In this document: positions 7,560 to 15,741 of the stretch, one piece after another
Numbering within the stretch: the first letter of the stretch is position 1
Layout of the letters: the number at the start of each line of letters is the position of its first letter
IMG/VR virus record: IMGVR_UViG_3300032243_001021
Location: 1-35,181 of that record
Direction: 5' to 3' (one strand)
Source of the DNA: a virus
Lineage: Duplodnaviria > Caudoviricetes
Length of the DNA: 35,181 nt
Translations under genes and position numbers: made by a program
Notes under the pieces: generated by a model
The model's input: only the letters and a program-made list of their open reading frames with translations
Told to the model about the DNA's origin: nothing
Database searches by the model: none

Positions 7560-9918
7560 GGGGAGCGCGTCCGCTGGCCAGCTGATGCGGGAGAGAGCAC
7601 ATGAAACCAAGGCCAAAGAAACCAGCCGCGCACAACACCAGCGGCTACGAGCAAAGACCCAGGAATCCCGGACCCCATACGGGGTCGCAATGGTTCGGCA
7701 GCACGGGGAACCGTGTCGGGATGCCCTGGAAATGCTGCTGGCGAAGTGGATCGCCAAGCCGGGAATGGCGGGGCCTCACTACTGCGCGTTGCCCCTGCTG
7801 CTGCACCTGGCGGATCGCGGTGGGCCACCAGCAATCGTGTCCGTTGCACTGCCGTTGGTGATTGACGGGATCAGCCAGACCCGCTCGCATCGACGGCTGG
7901 CCCTGACCATCGGCACCGCCCTGGAGCGCGAGGTGCGGGGGGCAACCCTGCAGGAGAAGCGGGCCGGCACGCTCCGGCTGATGAAGCGCCGGTATAGGAC
8001 CACGGAAATCACTGATCTCCGGCTGCTGAAAACCATGGCGATTGAGCCTGGGGAATGGTCGGCGCAGGATCGGTTCGAGGTGGGGGCCCTGCTGCTCGAT
8101 CTGGTGGCCGGCACCACCGGGCTGGTGAAGCTGGTCGGGCGGCAACAGAAGGGCCGCTCCGTGGTGGATGTGAAGCCATCGGTCGAGGCCCTGGCGATCA
8201 TCAAGGCCACGCCCATCCGGGAGTTGCCGACCAAGCGGCTGCCGATGCTGGAGCCGCCGCGGCCATGGACCGATTTGCATGGCGGTGGGCACCTCGGCAA
8301 CACCAAACCGCTGGTGGTGCGGGCGCCGCACCTGACGGTCGCCAGCATCCAGCAGCAGCTGGCCGTGGTGAACCAGCTGCAGGCCCAGCAGATGGTGGTG
8401 AACCCCTCGATGGTGGCCATCCAGGAGGAAGCCTGGGATTGCGGTATCGACGTGTTCCCCGTGAAGCGTGAGCCGGTGGAGGCCCCGCCGCGGCCCACTG
8501 AGAAGGTCGGCAAGGAAGGGATGCGGGAGTGGTACTCGGCGGTCATGGATGCCCGCATCGACCGGCAGCAGAACGCCCCGCTGCGTCTGAAGGTGCAGCG
8601 CAGCATCGCGGCCCTGAAGGAATTACAAGGGCAGCCCTGCTGGTTCGCCTATGAGTTGGACTGGCGGGGCCGGGTGTACACGGCCAACCGTGAGGCCACC
8701 CACCAGGGGCCCGACTGGGAGAAGGCAGCCATCGAACTGCAGGGGGAACCGGCAGGGGAGGAGGGGTTTGAGTGGATGCTGAAGGCGGCCGCCGGCCACT
8801 GGGGGGAACGGGGAACCTGGGCGGATCGCCTGGCCTGGGGGAAACAGAACCTCAATCTGCTCACCGCCGCGGCCGAGCATCCCCTGGATCGTGTTGATCT
8901 GTGGCGTGACGCCAAGGATCCCTGGCAGTTCCTGCAGCTATGCCGTGCGGTGCGGCAGTGGCTGACGGATCCAACCACGCCGATCGGTTGCCCGGTGCGC
9001 CTCGATCAACACGCCTCCGGCATGGCGATCCTGGCCGCCCTGACCAGGGACGGGAAGCTGGGCGCCATGACCCGACTGACCGGGGACACGCCGGCCGATC
9101 TGTACGGGCTCATGGCGGAGAAGGTGGTGGATCGCCTCCGGCTGGATCTGGAGGCTGGGCCGCCCCATTACCAGCGGCAGGCGGCTCAATGGCTGGAGCT
9201 GGGGGTCACTCGTTCGACATTGAAGGGGCCCACCATGACCACCATCTACGGGGCTGGCTTCTGGAGCGTGGCCGATGGCCTGGCGCTGCAGCTGGAGGCG
9301 GCCAAGGATGTCTGGCCGGCCCGGTACGAGCGGGAGTTGGTGCAGCCCTCGCAGTACCTGGCCCGTCACATCAACGCCGTGCTGAAGGAGGAGCTGGCCA
9401 GCTGCCTGAAGGTGCGGGCCTGGCTGCGGGAGGTTGGCCGCCTGGTGGTGCAGACCCAGCAGCCAGTGCGATGGACGACGCCGACCGGGTTCCCAGTGGA
9501 GCTGGGGGCCGAGCAGCAACAGCGGGCAGCGGTGCGAACGGCGGTCAGCGGGAACCGGCGATGGGCAGCGACCAGGGCCACGCCGGGGGAACTGTCGGCA
9601 CGGGTGACCAGCAGGGGAATCACGGCCAACCTGATCCACAGTTTTGACGCGAGCTTCTGCGCCAGGATCATCTGCAGAGCTGGGGAGCAGGGGTTCCAGG
9701 TGCTGACGAATCACGATTGTTTCGCTGCCATCCCCTCCAGGGCCGGCCAGTTGCACCAGCTGCTGCACCAGGAACTGGGGGCCATGTACCAATCCAACTG
9801 GCTGGGCAAGGTGCAGCGAGAAATCCAGTCTCAGTCAGGGGTCGAGATCCCGAAACCCCCGATGGTCGGGAAGCTCCTGGTCGGGCAGATCGGGACCAAC
9901 CCCTATGCGTTCAGCTGA
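7558..9918 (+). CDS. gp1: T7-like single-subunit RNA polymerase
   Basis: DWRGRVY; motif A PVRLDQHASG; motif B RSTLKGPTMTTIYG; ANLIHSFDAS; motif C NHDCF. The start could alternatively be ATG 7585. Confidence 0.97.
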   Translation: MGSASAGQLMRERAHETKAKETSRAQHQRLRAKTQESRTPYGVAMVRQHGEPCRDALEMLLAKWIAKPGMAGPHYCALPLLLHLADRGGPPAIVSVALPLVIDGISQTRSHRRLALTIGTALEREVRGATLQEKRAGTLRLMKRRYRTTEITDLRLLKTMAIEPGEWSAQDRFEVGALLLDLVAGTTGLVKLVGRQQKGRSVVDVKPSVEALAIIKATPIRELPTKRLPMLEPPRPWTDLHGGGHLGNTKPLVVRAPHLTVASIQQQLAVVNQLQAQQMVVNPSMVAIQEEAWDCGIDVFPVKREPVEAPPRPTEKVGKEGMREWYSAVMDARIDRQQNAPLRLKVQRSIAALKELQGQPCWFAYELDWRGRVYTANREATHQGPDWEKAAIELQGEPAGEEGFEWMLKAAAGHWGERGTWADRLAWGKQNLNLLTAAAEHPLDRVDLWRDAKDPWQFLQLCRAVRQWLTDPTTPIGCPVRLDQHASGMAILAALTRDGKLGAMTRLTGDTPADLYGLMAEKVVDRLRLDLEAGPPHYQRQAAQWLELGVTRSTLKGPTMTTIYGAGFWSVADGLALQLEAAKDVWPARYERELVQPSQYLARHINAVLKEELASCLKVRAWLREVGRLVVQTQQPVRWTTPTGFPVELGAEQQQRAAVRTAVSGNRRWAATRATPGELSARVTSRGITANLIHSFDASFCARIICRAGEQGFQVLTNHDCFAAIPSRAGQLHQLLHQELGAMYQSNWLGKVQREIQSQSGVEIPKPPMVGKLLVGQIGTNPYAFS

Positions 9919-9924
9919 TGCGGG

Positions 9925-9953
9925 TTGACGCTTCGACGCTGCGTAAGTAGGTT
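9925..9953 (+). promoter_or_regulatory. sigma70-type promoter for the ssb operon
   Basis: TTGACG (9925-9930), 17-nt spacer, TAGGTT (9948-9953) in the intergenic gap. Confidence 0.7.
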
Positions 9954-10012
9954 CTTGAGTGCTCCCCTGGATCACTGCATCCGTGGGGCGCATCTACCCT
10001 TCACCTGACTAC

Positions 10013-10645
10013 ATGGCCACCGAATCACTCATCACCCCAGCCGGCGAGGTGATCTTCGCCAACGTGCTGAAGCCCAAGACCGTCAACCAGGGCAAGGCCA
10101 ACGAGAAAATGCAGTACGGGATCGTGCTGCTGCAGGCCGATCCCGAAACCGACGCCGCCGCCAAGGCCTTCATCGGCAGCCTGCACAAGGCCTTCATGGA
10201 TAAGTTTGGCGGCAACGCCAAGTACGGGGCAAACGGCCGGCCCTGGAAAAAGGAAGTCATCACCCGCCTGGACGGCACCGAGGAGGCCACCGGCCTCACC
10301 CGCATCAGCTTCACCAGGGACACCGCAACACGCAGCGGCATGGAGCTGCCGGCGCCGATCGTGCAGGACGCCAAGGGCAACCCCTGGCCCATCAACGTGC
10401 CGATCGGCAACGGCTCGATCTGCCGCATCGCTTACAGCCCCTACCTCTGGGACAACATCGACGGGGGGAAAGGGATCAGCCTGAACCTGCTGGCGGTGCG
10501 GGTGTTGGCCCACGTCCCCTACAACGCTGGCAGCGTCAGCAGCGACGTGTTCGGCGCCCCCGAGGCCGGCGTGGATGCCAGCACCCTCCAGGCCAGCGAG
10601 CCCCAGGCCGACCTGTTTGCCGGTAGCGAGAAGATCCCCTTCTGA
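10013..10645 (+). CDS. gp2.5: ssDNA-binding protein (T7 gp2.5-like)
   Basis: LITPAGEVIFANVLKP...PIVQDAKG...IGNGSICRI...GISLNLLAVRV is the gp2.5 pattern; the tail ends in IPF. ATG 10013 follows TCACCTGAC. Confidence 0.9.
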   Translation: MATESLITPAGEVIFANVLKPKTVNQGKANEKMQYGIVLLQADPETDAAAKAFIGSLHKAFMDKFGGNAKYGANGRPWKKEVITRLDGTEEATGLTRISFTRDTATRSGMELPAPIVQDAKGNPWPINVPIGNGSICRIAYSPYLWDNIDGGKGISLNLLAVRVLAHVPYNAGSVSSDVFGAPEAGVDASTLQASEPQADLFAGSEKIPF

Positions 10646-11445
10646 TGGCCAAACTCGTTTCTCGTGCCTGGAACGGCACCCCGATCAGCCGCCGCACCAC
10701 CGACGGCTACGTCAACGCCACGGCCATGTGCAAGGCCAACGGCAAACATTGGTCGAAGTATCGCGAGAGCGATCAGTGTCAGGTCTACCTGAACGCCCTC
10801 GCGAAAACCTCCGAAATCCCGTTGTTTGATCTGATCCAGTCCCGTCAGGGGCGCGGTGGCGGGACCTGGGTTCACCCGCAGGTCGCCGTGGACCTGGCCC
10901 GCTGGATCAGCGCACCGTTCGCGGTCTGGATGGACGGCTGGTTCCTGGAGGAGGTGGACCGCAGCCGAGCGTCCCAAGTGCGGGACACTCGCAAGCCGCT
11001 GCCGCTCAACCAGGTGGGGGCGGAGGTCATTGCCGCCAGGGTCCAAAGCAACAAGGACATCAGCTCGATGGCCAAAGCCAACGAACTGCCCTACGCGGCG
11101 ACCCATCAGGTACGCAACAACAACTTCTGGAACGAAACCACCGAATCCCTAAGGGACCGAGCCGGCACCAGGAACTGGCAGGACCGGGCTGACCGGAAAA
11201 CCCAGATGTTCACTTGGTACGTCAACGAGAAGATCATGGAGGAGGCCACCGAAAAAGAAAACGATGGCCTGCGAATGACCTTGGGTGATGTGAAAGTTGT
11301 CTCCAAATCTGTCAGGTCCGCACTGGAAGTTATCGAAGGTGTCGGCTTCAAGGCCAAGTTCATGCCTGCGTCGATCTCGCCTGCCCGCGCCAACAGGATG
11401 CTCGCTGCGGGGAAAGATGCTGAGCAAGGTTCCCTCTTTGGATGA
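10645..11445 (+). CDS. KilA-N (APSES-like) DNA-binding protein
   Basis: DGYVNATAMCKANGK...GGTWVHPQVAVDLARWISAPFAVW. Confidence 0.93.
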   Translation: MAKLVSRAWNGTPISRRTTDGYVNATAMCKANGKHWSKYRESDQCQVYLNALAKTSEIPLFDLIQSRQGRGGGTWVHPQVAVDLARWISAPFAVWMDGWFLEEVDRSRASQVRDTRKPLPLNQVGAEVIAARVQSNKDISSMAKANELPYAATHQVRNNNFWNETTESLRDRAGTRNWQDRADRKTQMFTWYVNEKIMEEATEKENDGLRMTLGDVKVVSKSVRSALEVIEGVGFKAKFMPASISPARANRMLAAGKDAEQGSLFG

Positions 11446-11783
11446 TGCAAATGCGTACTAATTACTCACCCGCCAAGACCTTCTGGTGTTTCGACGACTT
11501 TTCGGCACGGGTCTACCCGATTACCGTTGTTGCGGAAACGGAAAAGTGTTTGTACCTGGCTCCTCTCAGGGACTTCAACAACCGGGGCCACAAGATGCCC
11601 CCCGTCTTGCGTCAAAAGCGGGCGCTGCCTACGTTTCATAGCTTCCAAGAAGCGAAGAACCAGCTGATCGAGGAGCTACAGGGGCAGTTGACGGCTACAA
11701 AGGACCGGGCCTTCGACCGCTGCAATCGCTACCAGGAGCTACTGGATAAAGCGTGCCTGCTGGAGGTGCCCGATGCGAACTGA
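11442..11783 (+). CDS. Hypothetical protein
   Basis: ATGA-coupled ORF in the operon. Confidence 0.65.
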   Translation: MMQMRTNYSPAKTFWCFDDFSARVYPITVVAETEKCLYLAPLRDFNNRGHKMPPVLRQKRALPTFHSFQEAKNQLIEELQGQLTATKDRAFDRCNRYQELLDKACLLEVPDAN

Positions 11784-12084
11784 AGACGAGATCGTGCTTG
11801 CGGTATTGACGGCTCCAGTTGAGATGCGAACTGGTGACATCGCCAAGGAGGTTGGCCTCTGCAGGGAAGTCACAAGGAAGATTCGTACTGGGAAAACCTA
11901 CGTCGAACTGTTCCCTGAGATTGAGCGGTTGACAACCGAGCAGATGGTCAGGACGTGCGAAAAGTGCGCGTTCTTTCAGCGCAAATCCAAACGCACAACT
12001 TGGTGTGACCTGGGTTATCCCGAAGCGGTAAGCCGGCATTTTGCCAGGGGCTGCGGTGCCTACACCCTGAGGAAGGAACCTTGA
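11773..12084 (+). CDS. HTH plus Cys-cluster (putative Zn) protein
   Basis: TGDIAKEVGLCREVTRKIRTG HTH; CEKC...C...C. Confidence 0.7.
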   Translation: MRTEDEIVLAVLTAPVEMRTGDIAKEVGLCREVTRKIRTGKTYVELFPEIERLTTEQMVRTCEKCAFFQRKSKRTTWCDLGYPEAVSRHFARGCGAYTLRKEP

Positions 12085-12407
12085 GCCACGTCGAGTATCC
12101 CGAGCTTTCAACAGAGGCACGGTCAGCCGTTGGAGCTGGCCTGGAGGCGGCTGGTTTTGACGAGGCCCCCATCACCTTTTCCGACCGTAAGCAGATGGCC
12201 GCCTTCCTGCGGGCGGTGCTGAAGATTGCTGCGGGTTCGCCCGATCGGTCCTGGCCAACCATGGTGGCCCTGGCCGACAACCTGCACAGCCCGCCACCGC
12301 CACCGCCAACCCTGGCGCAGGCACGGGAAGCAGCACGGCAGCTGGCTGGCCCATCGGCCGAGGTGGTTCACGCCTTCCTGTTCTCCCTGGGGGAGGGGAA
12401 GACATGA
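12081..12407 (+). CDS. Hypothetical protein
   Basis: TTG start overlapping the upstream stop, preceded by AGGAAGGA. Confidence 0.6.
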   Translation: MSHVEYPELSTEARSAVGAGLEAAGFDEAPITFSDRKQMAAFLRAVLKIAAGSPDRSWPTMVALADNLHSPPPPPPTLAQAREAARQLAGPSAEVVHAFLFSLGEGKT

Positions 12408-12757
12408 ACCCGCGGAAGACCAAGGGCGACGCAGCTGAGCGCAGTGCTGCCCAGCTGCTGACTGATCTCCTGGGCCTTGATCCGCCGGCCCGCCGGAAGC
12501 TGGGCGCCGGCCGCACCACGGCAGCCGGGGGCGACACGGGCGACATCGAGGGGGTGCCGGATCACGCGATTCAGATTGCCTCCTGGAACGATGCCGCCGC
12601 TGCTGCCCGCACCAAGCCGGCCGAGGCGGAGCAGCAGGCCCAGAACCTTGGCGTCAACCACAGCGCCACCCTCGTCCGCTTCCGCGGTGGCAAGTGGGTG
12701 GTGGTACTCACCCTGGGCCAATGGGCCCGTTACCTCAAACTGATCTGGAGAATCTAA
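12404..12757 (+). CDS. Putative Holliday-junction resolvase (Hjc-like PD-(D/E)xK fold)
   Basis: KTKGDAAERSAA...GDTGDIEGVPDHAIQI...EAEQQA...LVRFRGGKWVVVL. Confidence 0.7.
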   Translation: MNPRKTKGDAAERSAAQLLTDLLGLDPPARRKLGAGRTTAAGGDTGDIEGVPDHAIQIASWNDAAAAARTKPAEAEQQAQNLGVNHSATLVRFRGGKWVVVLTLGQWARYLKLIWRI

Positions 12758-13374
12758 TGCGCTGCCCCAAGTGTCAATTGACTAGCAGTCTCATCATGGA
12801 GACGAAACGTTGCACGGTCGCTAACCCCGAAGACTCCCTCAAGAGGGTGCGACTGTGCAAGAAATGCGCCCACAAGTGGATCACAACAGAAGTAATCGGC
12901 ATCTTCGATCGCCGAATGAGTGAGTGGACCGGCCATCCCGAGCCCCAGCTACCCGAAATTCCCGATCCCGTTGTTCGCACGACGGAGCCACGGCAAAGCA
13001 GGCCGGCACCCTCAAGGTTCCATCCCATCACCCTGGAGCAGGTGGCCGACCAACTCCTGGGGATCCCTCCAGAGGTGTGTCTGCTGCTCCTCGAATGGTG
13101 GAACAACAGTCGCCGGTCAAAGCACGGCACCGCTGCCGCCTGGACCGAGCGGGCTTTTATCAATTCGGCAGAACGGGTGAAGAAGCTGCCCCACTGGCAG
13201 CAGCTTGCGTTGACCAATGCCGGCATTGAGCATGGCTGGCAGGCCCTCAACCCCACCTATTGCCGGGATCTGCTGGCCAAGCCACCACGGCAAGGCGGCT
13301 TCCAACCGCAAAGCCAGGGGCTGGCCGGGGCCCTGGCGATCCTGCAGGGAGGCGAGGACTGTGGATCGGCTTGA
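12757..13374 (+). CDS. NrdR-like Zn-ribbon fused to a putative replication-initiator C-terminal domain
   Basis: MRCPKC...ETKR...KRVRLCKKCAHKWITTE, then a Pro-rich linker, then EWWNNSRRSK...WTERAF...GIEHGWQAL. Confidence 0.65.
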   Translation: MRCPKCQLTSSLIMETKRCTVANPEDSLKRVRLCKKCAHKWITTEVIGIFDRRMSEWTGHPEPQLPEIPDPVVRTTEPRQSRPAPSRFHPITLEQVADQLLGIPPEVCLLLLEWWNNSRRSKHGTAAAWTERAFINSAERVKKLPHWQQLALTNAGIEHGWQALNPTYCRDLLAKPPRQGGFQPQSQGLAGALAILQGGEDCGSA

Positions 13375-13909
13375 CCTGGCCGGCATCGGCACAGCACCGG
13401 AGTCGCAGAAGCCGGCTGCCCTGCTGAACCCTGAGGCCTTCTTCATGGGGTGCGAGATCCTGTTCTCCCACCTCCGGCTGAAGGAATCGGATCGGTGGAG
13501 TGAAGGTGTCGCCCTGGTCAAGTTGGCCAGCTTCACTGACGCCTTCCCCGAGGTGTCCGATCGGCAGTTTCTTTGGTGCTGTGAGCAGTGGGTGCAGGCC
13601 GCCACCGGCAATGGGTTCCGCACCGTGCCGCCCTGGCGCGAGCTGGTGGCCCCGCTGTACCGAGCCGAGGCGGGTCTGGCCAACCGCTCCTGGGGGTTCA
13701 AGCCCGGTCTGCCGCCGTTCCTGCAGCCGACACCGCAGCAGCTGCAGCTGCTGCCTATGCAGGCCCAGTCCCTGTTGAGCAGCACCGATCCGTCCCATTC
13801 CCACTGGCAAACGCCTGACGAGTTGAAGCGCTGGACCGCCGCCAACGGCAGCCAGATGCAGTTCGAGCCATCACCCGACAAACCCTTACTGGAAGCCTCC
13901 AATGAATGA
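13361..13909 (+). CDS. Hypothetical protein, putative helicase loader/inhibitor
   Basis: GTG start after GAGGA; VSDRQFLWCCEQWV...FRTVPPWREL resembles the F-x-P-x-x-x-E-L pattern of phage loader/inhibitor proteins. The function is inferred. Confidence 0.55.
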   Translation: MDRLDLAGIGTAPESQKPAALLNPEAFFMGCEILFSHLRLKESDRWSEGVALVKLASFTDAFPEVSDRQFLWCCEQWVQAATGNGFRTVPPWRELVAPLYRAEAGLANRSWGFKPGLPPFLQPTPQQLQLLPMQAQSLLSSTDPSHSHWQTPDELKRWTAANGSQMQFEPSPDKPLLEASNE

Positions 13910-14063
13910 TCCTGATCGGTTTACGGCCGCCACCCTGTCCGTGGTATGCCTGTTTGTAGCGGTGCTTTTGGCCTGGGCCATCAGCCTCCGAGACGAGGAG
14001 CAGACGCTGATCCATCAGCGTGATGTAGCCCCTGAGCTGCAGCGATGCCAGGTGAAGCCGTGA
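13902..14063 (+). CDS. Small single-pass membrane protein (53 aa)
   Basis: Manual translation MNDPDRFTAATLSVVCLFVAVLLAWAISLRDEEQTLIHQRDVAPELQRCQVKP; coupled at both ends; below the ORF-track length cutoff. Confidence 0.6.
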   Translation: MNDPDRFTAATLSVVCLFVAVLLAWAISLRDEEQTLIHQRDVAPELQRCQVKP

Positions 14064-14263
14064 CCCTTCTCTCCCCCGCCCCCGCAATCCTTGCAGCGTT
14101 TTGTAAGCGTTACGCCGAAACGCTGCGCCCTGGTCCGTTCGTTGATCGCTGGCAAGGGCAGTGCCTTGCCGCCGCGTTCCGCGCTGCTGCGGATCGCATG
14201 GAGTTCGTTCAAGACCACCTGAAACTCCTCGCCATCGCCGACGAGCTGGAGGCCGACCGTTGA
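14060..14263 (+). CDS. Hypothetical protein
   Basis: GTGA-coupled start; LAAAFRAAADR...LLAIADELE is a motif typical of small phage proteins. Confidence 0.65.
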   Translation: MTLLSPAPAILAAFCKRYAETLRPGPFVDRWQGQCLAAAFRAAADRMEFVQDHLKLLAIADELEADR

Positions 14264-14427
14264 GCAGCCCTTTCATCGCCATCCAGCGATCAGCAATCAG
14301 CGATCTTTTGGCCAAATACCAGGCCCAGTCGGATGCCTCAAACCCGTGGGAATCCACGTCGTTCCATGCCGCTGGCGCCATCGAAGCCCTACAAAAAATC
14401 CAAAGGATCAATGAGACTCCTGATTGA
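14260..14427 (+). CDS. Hypothetical protein
   Basis: TTGA-coupled start; fills the gap up to the exonuclease. Confidence 0.5.
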   Translation: MSSPFIAIQRSAISDLLAKYQAQSDASNPWESTSFHAAGAIEALQKIQRINETPD

Positions 14428-15151
14428 TGCCGAAGGCTTCCTTGTCCCGGCCGCCAAGTCGGCCGAACATGACATCGAGTGGCAGCCGGGTGACTGGCAG
14501 AAGCTATGTCGCCATGGCGATGCCATCGCCTACTTCCAGGAGTCGGTGGTGGATGTGCTGGCCGTGTACCCCGGTCACCAACCCGTGCTGGCCATGGGGG
14601 ATCGCACCACCTACCGGGCTGGGTTGTTCCCCTCCTACAAGGCCAACCGAAAAAAGGAATCCAAGGTGGCCGGCTGGCCCGCCCTGGTGGCCAGCGTCGA
14701 GCAGCTGGCCCTCAGCAGCGGTTGGGAGGTTGCCCGCCTAGCCAACGTGGAGGCTGACGACGTACTGGGCATCCTGGCTGGCCCCGACGACGTGATCGTG
14801 TCGATCGACAAGGATCTGCTGACCGTGCCAGGGCAGCACTACAGGGGTGGAGCAATGGTGAATCAGTCCCTGCACGACGCCAACCTGGCCTTCTTCTCCC
14901 AGGCCTTGATCGGTGACCGCTCCGACCACTACCCCGGCTGCCCAGGGGTAGGGGAGAAGGGCGCCGAGAAGCTGCTGGCTTCATGTAAAACCGAGCAGCA
15001 GATGTGGGCCGCTGTGATTGGCGCCTATCAGAAGGCTGGCCTCACCCCCCAGGCCGCCCTGGTGCAGGCCCGCTGCGCTCGCATCCTGCGGGCCGGTGAA
15101 TACGACCACGACCGGCAGCAACCAATCCTCTGGCAGCCTCCGGTAATCTGA
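14411..15151 (+). CDS. gp6: 5'-3' exonuclease (T7 gp6-like)
   Basis: LLIDAE, YKANRK, VEADDVLGI, SIDKDLLTVPG, GDRSDHYPGCPGVG, ARCARILR. Confidence 0.95.
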   Translation: MRLLIDAEGFLVPAAKSAEHDIEWQPGDWQKLCRHGDAIAYFQESVVDVLAVYPGHQPVLAMGDRTTYRAGLFPSYKANRKKESKVAGWPALVASVEQLALSSGWEVARLANVEADDVLGILAGPDDVIVSIDKDLLTVPGQHYRGGAMVNQSLHDANLAFFSQALIGDRSDHYPGCPGVGEKGAEKLLASCKTEQQMWAAVIGAYQKAGLTPQAALVQARCARILRAGEYDHDRQQPILWQPPVI

Positions 15152-15173
15152 GGAAGATAACTGCAGGTCTGCA

Positions 15174-15356
15174 GTGCTTACACCGCTTGTCTCCGAAGCC
15201 TTGCTCAAACGTCTGCAGGAAACATTCCCGGCAGACATTGTTGGCATGGCTTCCTATCCCTTGGAGCGAATCCATCAGGCGATCGGTGAGCAGCGGGTGG
15301 TGCAGGTTCTACAGAACTGGCACGCCGAACAGGATCCATTCCGGGAGGTGGTTTGA
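15174..15356 (+). CDS. Small protein at the start of the late block (T7 gp6.5-like position)
   Basis: LLKRLQETFP...IGEQRVVQVL; lies between the exonuclease and the virion genes. Confidence 0.7.
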   Translation: MLTPLVSEALLKRLQETFPADIVGMASYPLERIHQAIGEQRVVQVLQNWHAEQDPFREVV

Positions 15357-15739
15357 TGTGCGGTGGCGGAGCCCCACGGGCCACGATCGTCCAGCCCGAT
15401 TACGGCACCTACAACCGGATGGCCGATATGCAGCTGCAAACCATGCAGATGGCGCAGTCGCCCGCTGTCCTGGCTGCTCAGCAGGGGGTCCAGGCCGCCG
15501 CCCTCCAGCAGCAACAGGTTTTGACCGACCTGGCGGCACGTCGAACTGCAGAGGCCAACGACACCTCGGCCGCCGCGACCCGGCTGGCCGCGTTGATTGG
15601 CACGCCTCCCCCTGACAAGACGGCCAAGGCCCCGGTGCTTGCCTCCAACAGGGCGGGCATGTCCAGGCCGGAAGGCCGAAAGGGCCTACGCATTGACCTT
15701 CAACCCGCTGCCACCAGCGGACTCAACATCGGAGCTTGA
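15356..15739 (+). CDS. Small virion/ejection protein (gp6.7/7.3-like), MCGG start
   Basis: MCGGGAP...GLRIDL...GLNIGA; positioned before the portal. Confidence 0.75.
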   Translation: MCGGGAPRATIVQPDYGTYNRMADMQLQTMQMAQSPAVLAAQQGVQAAALQQQQVLTDLAARRTAEANDTSAAATRLAALIGTPPPDKTAKAPVLASNRAGMSRPEGRKGLRIDLQPAATSGLNIGA

Positions 15740-15741
15740 CC

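Noticed and set aside
7558-9918. Inactive or pseudogenised RNA polymerase
   Set aside because: Motif A Asp, motif B Lys/Tyr and motif C HD are all present in an intact frame.
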